NCBI GenBank assembly: GCA_950097015.1
Contig: CATNEN010000039.1
Location: forward strand, 8,556,001 to 8,620,000
Source of the DNA: Macrostomum hystrix
Taxonomy: Eukaryota; Animalia; Platyhelminthes
Length of the DNA: 64,000 nt
Reading direction: 5' to 3'
The translations under genes were made by a program, and so were the position numbers. Below are positions 50,201-61,844 of this stretch, piece after piece. Position 1 is the first letter of the stretch, and each line of letters starts with the position of its first letter. The notes under the pieces are model-generated. The model was given only the letters and a program-made list of their open reading frames with translations, was not told the DNA's origin and ran no database searches.

Positions 50201-50813
50201 ACTTCCATTTTCAGCCGGTATTGCAGCAGCTTCAACTCCTTCATCAACGTTGGCGACGTCATCGCAGCCGACGCTCGTCAACTCTGGCGGAGGCCTGTTC
50301 CTGCTGGCGGTCGGAGCCGCCGCCGGAGCAGGAGCCCTGCTGGCAGCCGGCCTCGCTGTCTGCGGCGTCTGCCTGGCTGCGCGCCGATGTCAGCGACAGC
50401 GCGAGCGCCGCGCTGACGAGCGACGGGCGCGGGCCGCCCTCAGCAAGCAGCTGCCGCCGCCGGCCACCTGCCTGCCGCTGATGAAGCATCCGCCAGCGCC
50501 AACAATGACGGCAACAGTGCTTGCAACTCCTCGGCACAATCCGCTGCATCAGCTGTCACAGCATCAGCAGCAGCAGCAGCAGCAGCAGCAGCTAGATAGT
50601 CAGTCATCATCAGCAGGATCAGCGGCTCCGACAGTCCTCACTGGAAGCAGCAGTGGCGGCAGCGGAGCGGGTGGCAGCTGCTCAGCCGGTCATTCTACCG
50701 CCTCGCCGAGAGAATCCGTGGTCACCTATGCCACAACCATGCAATGCCGGCAAAGAGACGCTGCCTCAGTGCTGGAGGTGCTGACTCAGGAGTTGAGCCG
50801 CGGAATGCTCTAG
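26233..50813 (+). CDS. eva-1: EVA-1/EVA1C-like type I membrane protein with two divergent SUEL/Gal-lectin domains, 7 exons
   Basis: Exons 26233-26356 (signal peptide), 31384-31628, 40929-41070, 42937-43136, 43573-43800, 45126-45305 and 50215-50813 (TM plus tail); all GT-AG and in phase. Cys pattern: LRCP..IFV..ALQ|AVKLKCEERRLC..PC..LMLRYQCEP|VIRSRLIC..VKRRCDGRHSC..LLLLFAC|LP. Confidence 0.75.
26388..31335. repeat. 21-bp minisatellite (GGGAGTGCCAGATAGAATAGT)n with ~0.9-1.0 kb higher-order repeats; fills intron 1
   Basis: About 235 units. Identical variant blocks recur at 26643, 27619, 28532, 29402 and 30399. Confidence 0.97.
31647..36873. repeat. 34/32-bp minisatellite (ATCAGTAGACTGTGATGGTTGGGGTGAGAAGGGG)n in two blocks (31647-34470, 35247-36873)
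   Basis: About 130 units, a ~770-bp unique spacer between the blocks, and inverted units at 36826-36873. Confidence 0.97.
37700..38255. repeat. Purine-rich degenerate repeat (GAGAGCAGAGATCAGAGGA-like)
   Basis: GA-rich tandem units with internal block duplication. Confidence 0.9.
38822..39718. repeat. Adjacent 20-bp (CTCAGAGTGAGTTGGTTGAG, ~9x) and 43-bp (~17x) minisatellites
   Basis: Both are direct tandem repeats and share TCAGAG..TGAGTTGGTTGAG. Confidence 0.95.
40518..40866. repeat. Perfect 16-bp tandem repeat (TTCAGGTAGATTTCAG)n, ~22 units
   Basis: Invariant units ending ~60 nt before the exon-3 acceptor. Confidence 0.97.
41170..41765. repeat. 43-45-bp minisatellite with a palindromic core (ATGGGGATCTCTGATCCCAT)
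   Basis: About 13 units, starting ~100 nt after the exon-3 donor. Confidence 0.92.
42650..42860. repeat. C-rich degenerate repeat (CCACCTCTGAGATCTCCCC-like) upstream of exon 4
   Basis: About 8 diverged units. Confidence 0.75.
43160..43525. repeat. ~22-bp G-rich repeat (GGGGAGAACTAGGGTTTGGG-like); fills intron 4
   Basis: About 16 units. Confidence 0.9.
43835..45010. repeat. 20-bp minisatellite (GGGATTGTAGGGAAGCTAGT)n; fills intron 5
   Basis: About 58 units with duplicated variant blocks. Confidence 0.96.
45358..46510. repeat. 33-bp minisatellite (GGTGAGTGGACTGGAGGAACAGGGGTTAAATGG)n
   Basis: About 35 units, starting ~50 nt after the exon-6 donor. Confidence 0.97.
47095..50165. repeat. 22-bp minisatellite (GGATAGGGGCGGAGTCAGTTAT)n in two blocks (47095-48008, 49722-50165), split by a retroelement remnant
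   Basis: About 60 units; the left block shows a 66-bp trimer periodicity. Confidence 0.96.
48660..49720 (-). pseudogene. Decayed Ty3/gypsy LTR-retrotransposon pol fragment (RT C-terminus, RNase H, integrase start)
   Basis: VIVDASPTGLGAIL, RPVAYASR, RYSQTERE, FQVITDQKPL, LAHQGH and VLVDYFPRYP, with frameshifts and deletions. Confidence 0.9.
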
Positions 50814-50904
50814 CTGAACTGAAATGTCACCGATGCTAGAAGTTAAAGAAGTTTAACCCTCGGGGAATGCTAGGAAGTTTTTTGGAAGTGAAAAATATAT
50901 ATTA

Positions 50905-51160
50905 TTTTTATTTGCTGGAATGGCACCTCATTTGGTCACACTTGAACTGCAGCCAGCGAGGAGGCAATTCTGCCCATTTCTCTGGCTCCTGAGCACACAC
51001 GCACACAGGTGTGTACATCTGCCCTGACATTCGTATTGTCAGGCAGTGAAAACTCTAACTGTGCCTTGGAGGTTGGCCCTCAAGGGCATAAATTACACAA
51101 CAAGCCCCTGAGGATTGTCTCTCCACGGCTGCGCCGCAAATGAATGTGGCCTCACCGCTA
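50905..51160 (-). mobile_element. 5'-truncated SINE family A copy, antisense within the probable eva-1 3' UTR
   Basis: GAGGCAATTCTGCCCATTTC..GTGTACATCTGCCCTGAC..GGAGGTTGGCCCTCAAGGGC. The nearest downstream AATAAA is at ~51313. Confidence 0.85.
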
Positions 51161-51639
51161 CAAAGACTTACTACAAAGATTGCTAAGAAGATTTACCAGG
51201 ACTCGAAATTTTTATTTTCTAGAAACAGCGAAAATCTAGTACATGGGCTTAGTTTTTTTGCGATCAAAACGGGGGGAAATCGCTAGATTTTTCCTAATGG
51301 GCCCTGGATGACAAATAAATAAAATTACAAATATGCTTAGCATTCTACTTACAGCGAACATTGCTTGAGTTTTATGTTACTTAAGTAGAATGAAATGTTT
51401 TGTAAATATAGCATATAGCAGTTTTTTAGTAAATGTTTTGACTCGCAGCTTTCTATAAATAGTTATTATTTGCATTGTACACACGCTTCTGGTCGTATTT
51501 GTAAATTATATATGCTCACCAACTTGTCTACAGTTTCATAGTCAGTGGCTGACAAGTAGAATAAATATGCAACAAATTTGATTCGGAATTGTTTTACGTT
51601 TTTTATTTTAATGTTTAACAGAAGCGCTGCTGCTATGGG

Positions 51640-52770
51640 TTTAAAACTTGTAGTGGTGGCTGTGTATTTGTTACAGTTGTTGGTACAGTTGTGGCTATGT
51701 CTCTGGTACAGTTTCTGGTCAGGGGTGACTGTCTTTGGTACAGTTGTTGGTACAGTTGTGGCTGTGTCTTTAGTGCTATTATTGGTACAGTGGTGGCTGT
51801 GCCTTTAGTACAGTTGTTGGTACAGTTGTAGGTACAGTTGTTGGTACAGTTGTTGGTACAGTTGTTGGTACAGCTGTTGGTACAGTTGTTGGTACAGCTG
51901 TTGGTAAAGTGGTGGCTGTGCCTTCGTTACAGTTGTTGGTACAGTTGTGTCTGTCTGTGGTTCATTTTCTGGTCAGGGGTGACTGTCTTTGGTACAGTTG
52001 TAGGTACAGTTCTGTCTGTGTATTTGTTACAGTTGTTGGTACAGTGGTGCCTGTGTCTTTAGTGCAGTTGTTGATACAGTTGTTGGTACAGTGATGGCTG
52101 TGTATTTGGTACAGTTGTTGGTACAGTGGTGGCTGTGTCATTGTTACAGTTGTTGGTACAGTGGTGGCTGTGTATTCGGTACAATTGTTGGTACAGTGGT
52201 GCCTGTGTATTTGGTACAGTTGTTGGTACAGTGGTGGCTGTGTATTTGGTACAGTTGTTGGTACAGTTGTTGGTACAGTGGTGGCTGTGTATGTGGTACA
52301 GTTGTTGGTACAGTGGTGGCTGTGTATTTGGTACAGTTGTTGGTACAGTGGTGGCTGTGTATTTGGTACAATTGTTGGTACAGTGGTGGCTGTGTATTTG
52401 GTACAATTGTTGGTACAGTGGTGGCTGTGTATTTGGTACAGTTGTTGGTACAGTGGTGGCTGTGTATGTGGTACAGTTGTTGGTACAGTGGTGGCTGTGT
52501 ATTTGGTACAGTTGTTGGTACAGTGGTGGCTGTGTATTTGGTACAATTGTTGGTACAGTGGTGGCTGTGTATTCGGTACAATTGTTGGTACAGTGGTGGC
52601 TGTGTATTTGGTACAGTTGTTGGTACAGTGGTGGCTGTGTATTTGGTACAATTGTTGGTACAGTGGTGGCTGTGTATTTGGTACAATTGTTGGTACAGTG
52701 GTGGCTGTGTATTTGGTACAATTGTTGGTACAGTTTTGGCTGTGTATGTGGTACAGTTGTTGGTACAAAG
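51640..52770. repeat. 12+23-bp composite minisatellite (GGTACAGTTGTT / GGTACAGTGGTGGCTGTGTATTT) between convergent genes
   Basis: Tandem units, degenerate on the left and homogeneous on the right. Confidence 0.95.
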
Positions 52771-53372
52771 AAGGTCCGCAGTAAAGGACTGCTTACAAGC
52801 AAAGCAGTTTTGAAAAAATAAGACAAGTCAGGAACGAGGCAGTTGTATATTAATTAGCTAGTCTTATAAATTAGATTAAATTTATTAGAACTAGAGAGGT
52901 AGACATGACTAATTTAACAGGTGCCAAAGTTATGTCAAAGCTTTTGCATGCGTGCCGATAGCATTAAGTACATAAACTAATCGACTAAATAAAGCATTAA
53001 TAAAAGTACAAAAGCTTACTAAACAAAATTATTCGTTGTTACAAGTTTCAGCAATATATTTTTTATTACCTTTAGACGATTTAATCAAGAATTTGAAGCA
53101 TCCAAAAGCAATAATTATGAAAAAAATTCAATGACACAAAAATGTGCAGCATGCTTAAGCTGATCAAATTGTTTGTGAAGTTGCAGTTTAAACACTTTTA
53201 TAAACACACGAAAGCACTAGAAACTAGTGTGCTTTCCGCCAACCCCAGTCCATGGACTGAACAAATAATTGCATTCTAATAGTTTTTCCAAAAGTTCTAA
53301 GGTGTACTTTATTGTCGAACGAAAACTTAGACTTGAAGGACGCATGCAGAGCAGAACTGGACTGCCTCAGTC

Positions 53373-53963
53373 AAGTGGTCGTCAAAATTATTTTAGATGA
53401 GACACGAGAGAGATGAGACACGAGAGAGATGAGACACGGGAGAGATGAGACACGAAAGAGATGAGACACGGGAGAGATGAGACACGAAAGAGATGAGACA
53501 CGGGAGAGATGAGACACGGGAGAGATGAGACACGGGAGAGATGAGACAGGAGAGATGAGATTCAGGAGAGATGAGACAGGAGAGATGAGTCACGGGAGAG
53601 ATGAGACAGGAGAGATGAGACAGGAGAGATGAGTCACGGGAGAGATGAGACACGAGAGAGATAAGATACAGGAGAGATGAGATTCAGGAGAGATGAGACA
53701 CGGGAGAGATGAGACAGGAGAGATGAGATTCAGGAGAGATGAGACAGGAGAGATGAGACACGGGAGAGATGAGACAGGAGAGATGAGACAGGAGAGATAA
53801 GACACGGGAGAGATAAGATACAGGAGAGATGAGACAGGAGAGATGAGACACGGGAGAGATGAGACACGGGAGAGATGAGACAGGATACTGTAGGTGCAGG
53901 AAGGGGCTATGGGCCGGATTTGGGAGGGCCGCATCTGGCCCGCGGGCCGGAGTTTGCCGACTG
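53373..53963. mobile_element. hAT/Charlie-like MITE carrying an internal 14-16-bp (GAGATGAGACACGGGA) satellite
   Basis: Left end AAGTGGTCGTCAAA; right end GGCCCGCGGGCCGGAGTTTGCCGACTG. GACTGCCTCAGTC is repeated at 53360-53372 and 53959-53971. Confidence 0.7.
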
Positions 53964-53970
53964 CCTCAGT

Positions 53971-56900
53971 CTATGCCAGCCCGTCCCCAACCTGATGGCG
54001 TCTCTCAGACTGAACCGCCGCCTCCGAGGCTGCCGACTTTCGTTCGACAACGCCGACGCCTAGCTCAGAGCTGTTCATACCGGCCGTGCCGCCGCTGCTG
54101 CCGCCGCTGCCGCGGAAGGTTATCGTCGAGGCGGTCATGACACCGGCCGATCGAGCTATCGCCTCTGACGCTGAGGCCGACGTCGAGTCGCCTTCAAAAT
54201 CGTCGGTAATGTCGTCAATGTCGGCAGTTGACGACGATGCGGCCGCTGTGTTCGTGGCGATGACAGCTCCTCGTTGAAGCTGCAGACGCTGTTGGAGGCT
54301 GACGAGGCGCCTTACCCCGATGCCTACGCCGGCATTGTCGCAGACGCTACTACCACAGCTGGGCAGGGACTCCTGCGAATGAGGCGACGGCGACGAGGCG
54401 GGCAGATGCTGGTACTGGTGCTGCTGACTGTGCAGCGAATGCGGCAGGCGCAGTGTCCCTGAAGAGCCCCGACAGCTGCCACCGGCGCAGAGGAGCTGCT
54501 GACTTGAGTGCTGCACGAGGGAATAGTGCTGCGGCTGTGAAGGCGCGCGCGACGGCGAGTAGAGGCCGGACGATGAGCAGCGGCTGTGCTGGCAGCAGCT
54601 GCCCCTGAGCACGCAGTAATAGGGATTGTCCTGCAGCAGGTCCGGCTGCTGCGGACCGCCAGCGACCCCCGCGGCTGCGCTTCCGTCCCAGTCGGAGGTG
54701 TCCCAGTGAAAGCCTGCCAATGGATAACGAGACCAATGCTCTATTCCCAATGTTATATTCCCACCGTTCTATTCCCACTGTTCCATTCCCACTGATCCAT
54801 TCCCACTGTTCTATTCCCACTGTTCCATTCTCACTGTTCTATTCCCACTGTTCCGTTCTCACTATTCCATTCCCAGTGTTCTATTCCCACTGATCCATTC
54901 CCACTGTTCTATTCCCACTGTTCCATTCTCACTATTCCATTCCCACTGTTCTATTCCCACTGTTCTATTCCCACTGTTCTATTCCCACTGTTCTATTCCC
55001 ACTGTTCTATTCCCACTGCTCTATTCCCAGTGTTCTATTCCCACTGTCTTATTCCCACTGTTCCATTCCCACTGTTCCATTCTCACTATTCCATTCCCAC
55101 TGTTCTATTCCCACTGTTCCATTCCCACTGTTCCATTCCCAGTGTTCTATTCCCACTGTTCTATTCCCACTGCTCTATTCCCACTGTTCTATTCCCACTG
55201 TTCTATTCCCACTGTTCTATTCCAACTGTTCTATTCCCACTGTTCTATTCCCACTGTTCTATTCCCACTGTTCTATTTCCACTGTTCTATTCCCACTGTT
55301 CTATTCCCACTGTTCTATTCCCACTGTTCTATTCCCACTGTTCTATTCCCACTGTTCTATTCCCACCGTTCTATTCCCAATATTGTATCTGAGTGGTCTA
55401 TTTACATTGTTTCATAAAGCTACATGTTATCAACACTTTTCAATCTTCATTTTTATCACCCCTGTTTATCATATTCTTTTTTTTCCATTTATACTAAAAA
55501 GCTAAAAAAGAAGTTTCGTTACACGCAAACAAAGTGCGAATTAGTTACTTTCAGTAGCAATATTAATTTGGCAGTTTGTTAGGTACGTTATCTTACGCTA
55601 AAAATACCATTAAAAAGCTGTTTTTGAAATTAGTTTTATTTAATAAAATAATCGTTAATTTTACTCGAATTTTAACGAATTTAACGATTTTACGGATATG
55701 ACGATTAATTTAATTGAATTGAAGTTATTTTAACGACAAATTTTTTTAACGATTTTAACCAACGCATGGCATTGTCATTAACTTGACAACCTCGCGAACA
55801 GATTCGTGATTGGTTAGTAGCTGCGAATGCTCGACCGGGTTTCACAACTGACGGTTAGTTACAAAACAAATAAAAGTGCAAATCCATTTTATTTGATTTT
55901 TTTGAGGAGTGCCTAAATTAAATATTTTTAAATACCTGGCCCGTTCCAATGTATGTTATAGAATCCTGAAATGAGAACAGATGAGTGACAAACTGAGAGT
56001 GACGAATTCAGGGTGACAAATAAAACGTAGAATGTTCAAATCAAAGTGAAAACTGAAAGCGATTTCCGTGTTACTGTGACAAGCCAAGAATCATGGATTG
56101 ACAGTGATAAACTGAGAACAGAATGGACACGAAAAAAAACAATTAGTTCAATAAATACAGTTGCTTTAAAACTGACTGCAGGTAATAGGCCACGATAGAT
56201 TTAATTCATTCTCACCTTGCTCATCCACATCGCCTAGAGATGGGCCGACCGCCACGCCCTGCTGGCAGTAGCCAGCTGCTGGTCTGTGCTGCTGCTGCTG
56301 CTGCTGATAGGCCTGATACGGCATCGGCCTATTCGCCGACGAGACGAGCACTCGTCGGCCACCGACACTGCCCAGTCCGCTGCTGCTGCTGGGTGTCAGG
56401 CAGCGAGTTGGCGTTCCACCCGACGCTGCTGCCGCGGCGGCGGCGGCAGCGGCAGCCGCAGTGGAAGAAGTCGAAGCTAGCGAGCAGCACGAGGCGCGAC
56501 CGACTCCGGGCCCGACGCCGCCCGGCGTCGGCTTCTCAAAGCAGGCGTAGGTTGGCGTCGGCGCCAAGACGCAGTCCAGCTCACGCTGCGGCACTATCCG
56601 CGTCTCTCCGCTGGCCAGGGTGACCAGTGCCAGCGCCTCGGAGTGGTCGCCTAGCTGCGATTGGCCATAGAATTCAGCGGGCTATGCAGTTCAGTTACTG
56701 TGCAGATCTCTCTTTCACTCTCTCTCACTCTGGGCACTGCTTCGCTGCGATTGGCTGTCAGGGTGAGACTTAAGCCTAGCCCAGCCAGCCAGCCAGAAAT
56801 TTTTGCTATCCCCACGCGCGCCTGCCATTGGCTGTGGCACTCAGACTGAATGCTGCCATGCCACCCACCCCCTCCCAGCGCTTAGTATTCATGCGCAGAC

Positions 56901-58214
56901 CCCCTTAATTTCGGATTAGTCGAGAAAATTTGTAAACAGTAAATTCTCCTAACCACGAATCTGGAAATCTTTGCCTTTGCAAGTAATCACAAAATTTTTG
57001 CCTTACCATCTGCTGACAGCCGATAAAATCGCCTCCATCGTCCGATTGTCGACGTCGGCGCTCTTGCTGCTGCGGATGCTGGCTCTGCAGCTTGCCGTTG
57101 ACCGCTCCGTCGCCGCATCGCCGCCTCCGCCTCTGACGACGACGCAGGCAGCAGGAGATGCTGAGGAAGACCAGCAGAGCCAGCAGAAGGAGGATGACGC
57201 TGGCGCCGGAGATGGCAGCGAGTTCAACAGTGCTCAGGCCGCTGCCAAGCACGCCGCCGCCATGTCCGCCGCCGCCGCCTCCACTGCCGAGTACGCCCGG
57301 CAAGCGAAAGGTCTCGCAGAGTCGGCCGCTGTAGCCGAGGCTGCAGTTGCAACTTCATGAAATGCGGTGAACAAGGAGGCGGACTTTGAACTTGGGTTCG
57401 AATTCGGAGCGAATTCTGGTCTGATGTCTTACCGATAGCTCCCAGGCAGATTGACGCAAACGCCACCGATGCCGCACGGAGAAGCTGACGATGTTGAGGC
57501 CGATGCTCCGAAGCTGCCGCCACCGACGCCGCCGAAGTCGCGGCATTCGTCGACATCCTCAGCGCAGGATGGCCCAGCAAAGCCCGTGCCGCCGCAGTGG
57601 CAGACGGCGCCATTTGGTGACTCCTCGCAGCGGCCGCCATGCTGACAGGGCGATACGTCGCGGCCGCAGTACAGGCCCGTCTGGCAGCGACTGCCACCCA
57701 AGCCGGCCGGACATTCGCACCTTGATGGTCGAATTGGTTGGCAATTGTGATTCAGTTTATTTTTAGTGACCTCAGACTGTCTGACCGAGAGGTTTAAAAT
57801 AGAAATTGGCGTGTTGGGGTCTCGGCCTCCCAGGAAACAGCCCAGTCCATGGACTGAACACGGGGGGTCGGTGGCAGAGCGTTGGCCTCTCGCACCAAGG
57901 TCCTTGAGCTCGATACCGCGGCGAGGCCACATTCATTTGGGGCGCAGCCGCGGAGAGAAGGCTTTGGGGGCTTGTCGTGCAATTGACGCCCTTGAGGGCC
58001 AACCTCCAAGGCACAGAGAGAGTGTACACTGCCTGAGGATGAGAAAGTCAGGGCAGATGTACACACCTGTGGGAGTTTGTGCTTGCGTACGGTATCTGTG
58101 TGCGTGTGCTCAGGAGTCAACCGAATGGGCAGAATTGCCTCCTCGCTTTCTGCGGGTCAAGTGCCACCAAATGATGGCCATTGTCCACAACCCTCCTGCA
58201 ATTATTATTATTAC

Positions 58215-58250
<36 letters not shown>

Positions 58251-61200
58251 GGACTGAACACAGCCCTTTGGATGAGCCGCACATTTTTCTAACTTTCCTC
58301 ACCTGTAGCCGCCGCTGGTGGCGGAAAGCCGATGACAGGTGCCACCGTTCAGGCAGGGGTTCTCCCCGTTGGCGCACGGCTCCGTGTTCACTTCGCACTG
58401 ACGCCCCGCGTAAGGCGGCCGGCACTCGCAGGCGAAGCTGCCGCTGACGTCGATGCAGGCTCCCGCGTGTCGGCAGGGCCCGCGGCCGCAAGGCGAGGCC
58501 AGGAAGGCGTCGGTGCAGCCGGAGCCGCTCAGCCAGCGCGCGTCGCTGCGCACCAGGCGCGACATCGTCAGCGGCCGGCCGGCGGACTCGACGTCGCGTA
58601 GGCAGCCGGTGAAGCCGCCGCCAATGGCCAGCTGACGGGACTGCGACTGCAGATTTATCGGCGACATCAGGTCCCAGTAGAGTGGATTCGACGAGTCGAC
58701 TAGAAGCTCCAGGGTCTTGACGGCGCTGGTGGCGTTAATCGAACGCTTCGATATGCCATGACTGCGGTGACGAATGGATGTGCAGGGTTAGTTTTGCGCA
58801 AATCGTACTACTCACAGTTAGTAGTACTACAAAAAGTGGCACATTGGGACACTGGAAAGGCTGGAAAAGTCGGGAATGTCTCGCTTCGCTCCAAGCAAAA
58901 TTCCAGAGTTCCAGAAATAGGGGGTTAGTGGCAGAACGGTCTAACGCGTCTGCCTGTCGCACCAAGGTCCCTGAGCTCGATTCCGTGGCGAGGCCACATT
59001 CATTTGGGGCGCAGCCGCGGAGAGAAGGCTGGGGGGCTTGTCGTGCAATTGACGCCCTAGAGGGCCAACCTCCAAGGCACAGTGAGAGTGTACACAGCCT
59101 GACAAAAAGGAAGTCAGGGCAGATGTAGACACCTGTGTGCGTGTGTGCTCAGGAGTCAGCGAAATGAGCAGAATTGCCTCCTCGCTGGCTGCGGGTCTAG
59201 TGACAAATAATGTGCCATTGCCCACAGCCCTCCTGCAACTATAAATATTTTCATTATTGAATGAAATAAATCTAATATAGCGATGTTTGCTCACAGCTGC
59301 TCTGGGTTCAGCAACCTGAGCTCAATCACGTGCCATTGACCATCATTGACGACCACTCCGACAGGGCCACCTGCCAGGCTCGGACTGGCCAGCCGGCCCT
59401 TGTCAGTCAGACTCAACTCGACGCCCGTCACCGAGCCGGAGCCATGAGCAGTCTCAGGCCAGGAGATGCTCAGAAGGCTGCCAGAAGCCGTTTGGACCGT
59501 GCGCAGCTCAAATCTAATCAGCTGCCGCTGCCGCTGCAAGTCGGGGTTCGCCTCCGTGGGGTCGATCCGCCAGACGGCTGGTTCGCCGATTCCGGGCCCG
59601 CCGCCGCTTTTCACTCGCATGGTCGAAATCGTCGACTCTGACGCCGGCGTTGAGATGACCGTTGCGGACGATGAATCTAATGCGCCTTCGACTTTGCAGT
59701 TCGTTGAAGAGTCGATGGCGAAGCGCGGTGATGCAAAGGCAACGCGAGCGGTTGCTAGGCGCGTGTCGGGGGCGCCAGGAAGCTGTCGGATTATTGCCGG
59801 GCAGCGTTGAGCTCTGGTTTCTATGGCAACATCGCCGCCGAGGACTGCAGATAGACGGCCGAGCTGAAGGCGGTCAGTCAGCTCAATGGTTGAGAAGAAG
59901 CGACGCTGGGCCCGATTGTAAACGGCGACGATCACCTGGGAGAATTTGCGAAGTTCTTAGAAGAATTTTGTAGCTTTGACAATATGGAAACACCTGCGGC
60001 TTTATTACCATTAAGTCGTCCTGGGAGCCGGTGTCCGCCTGTTGAATGCCTAACAACCGGACGTCGCCAGTCGTGACGCCCAGCTGCTCGGCGGCCGCGT
60101 CAATCAGCGCCGAGTCGAGGCCGGCGTAGAGAAAAGCCGAGCCGCTCTGATTAGCCAGCCGGAGAGCAACAGCACTGCGCAGGGACGCCTCCGTTGCCAT
60201 GACAACCGATAGGCGGGCCTCCTGCCAGGCTCGCAGACCGAATCTTTCGGCTTCGACTCGGATGCGATAGGGCGAGCCGCCGGCGCTGCCGCTGGCGAGT
60301 CGGTTGCCATTGGCAACTAGCAGAGCGCCGCTAGAGGATACGCCAAACAAATCAGCGTGCGATCGCAGCCGAATTCGAACATCGGGCCCAACGCCCAGGC
60401 TCTTGCCATCAAGCAGCGACAGCTCGGCCAGTTCAACGCCGCTTTTCGGCGGTCGGAGGAAGACGACGGTGGCGTTCAGCGGCTGGAGGCGGGGCGGCGC
60501 CGCGTCGGAGCGGACGGCGCGCACGATGACGGTGGCCGTGTTGCACAGGGCCACGGACCCGCGGTCACAAGCCTGCAATGGTGAAAGCAGCACGAGTAAA
60601 ATTCTACCCTCCAATCGTTGGATTCTACCCTTTAATCTTTTGGATTCTAGCCTCCAATCTTTGGATTCTACCTTCAATCTTTGGATTCTACCTTCAATCT
60701 TTGGATTCTACCCTCCAATCTTTGGATTCTACCTTCAATCTTTTGGATTGTACCCTCCAATCTTTGGATTCTACCCTTTAATCTTTTGGATTCTACCCTT
60801 CAATCTTTTGGATTGTACTCTCCAATCTTTGGATTCTACCTTCAATCTTTGGATTCTACCTTCAATCTTTGGATTCTACCCTCCAATCTTTGGATTCTAC
60901 CTTCAATCTTTTGGATTGTACCCTCCAATCTTTGGATTCTACCCTTTAATCTTTTGGATTCTACCCTTCAATCTTTGGATTCTACCCTCCAATCTTTTGG
61001 ATTCTACCCTCCAATCTTTGGATTCTACCCTCCAATCGTTGGATTCTACCCTTTAATCTTTTGGATTCTAGCCTCCAATCGTTGGATTCTACCCTTCAAT
61101 TTTTTGGATTCTAGCCTCCAATCGTTGGATTCTACCCTTCAATTTTTTGGATTCTACCCTCCAATCGTTGGATTCTACCCTTTAATCTTTTGGATTCTAC

Positions 61201-61790
61201 CCTCCAATCGTTGGATTCTAGCCTCCAATCGTTGGATTCTACCCTTCAATTTTTTGGATTCTACCATTCAATTTTTTGGATTCTACCCTTCAATCTTTTG
61301 GATTCTACCCTCCAATCGTTGGATTCTACCCTCTAATCGTTGGATTCTACCCTTTAATCTTTTGGATTCTACCCTCCAATCTTTGGATTCTACCCTTTAA
61401 TCTTTTGGATTCTACCCTTCAATCTTTTGGATTCTACCCTCCAATCTTTGGGTTCTGCCCTCCAATCTTTGGGTTCTGCCCTTAAATCTTTTAGATTCTA
61501 CCCTTCAATTTTTTGGATTCTACCCTTCAATCTCCTCTTCTCAGACGCCACCAACCTGAATCCTAAGTCGTTCAGCGCCTGGCCTCAGCGGGCCATCTGG
61601 GGCCACGGTGAGTCGGCCGTCGTGCAGTCTGTAGCGCAGGTTGTCTCCCTCCACAATGGTCCAGTGAAATGGCGGCCCGCCATTCTCTGGTGTGTCCCTG
61701 TCCGTGACACGGATGGCCGGTGGCGGAGTCTCGCCGTTCAACTCGACGTCGCCGTTGGAGACGGAGTCATTGGCGTCCTCTTGCTGCGAG
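53971..61790 (-). CDS. fat: Fat1/Fat-like (kugelei-type) atypical cadherin, 3' portion: last cadherin repeats, laminin-G, EGF repeats, TM, cytoplasmic tail
   Basis: Exons ~61790?-61556, 60572-60009, 59935-59295, 58761-58303, 57720-57433, 57352-57007, 56681-56216 and 54713-53971. Motifs: TDRD..ENGGPPF, RIQ|ACDRG, VNDGQWH, GFTGCL, Ca-binding EGFs (EDVDEC), TM, and GFHWDTSDW, characteristic of the FAT1-3 cytoplasmic domain. The 5' boundary is unresolved. Confidence 0.88.
54738..55380. repeat. 14-bp minisatellite (TTCTATTCCCACTG)n in the last Fat intron
   Basis: About 45 units, ending ~25 nt from the acceptor. Confidence 0.96.
57862..58248 (+). mobile_element. Near full-length tRNA-derived SINE (family A) with (ATT)n tail and 13-bp TSD
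   Basis: ATGGACTGAACAC at 57849-57861 and 58249-58261. A-box-like TGGCAGAGCG and B-box-like GAGCTCGATACC. Confidence 0.92.
58920..59245 (+). mobile_element. tRNA-derived SINE (family A) with the best-preserved head
   Basis: GGGGTTAGTGGCAGAACGGTCTAACGCG..GAGCTCGATTCC followed by the family body. Confidence 0.88.
60600..61535. repeat. ~21-bp minisatellite (TTGGATTCTACCCTCCAATCT)n filling a Fat intron
   Basis: About 44 units occupying nearly all of intron 60573-61555. Confidence 0.96.
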
Positions 61791-61844
61791 TTTTGCGATG
61801 CGTTGTGAGTACGGTCTTAATACAGCTCAATAATATACTGTTCT

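Noticed and set aside
58021-58066. Hammerhead ribozyme core (CTGANGA..GAAA) in SINE family A
   Set aside because: Stems II and III cannot form, and the motif is lost in other copies (CTGACCATG, CTGACAAAA, CTGACAATA); it is a simple hairpin loop.
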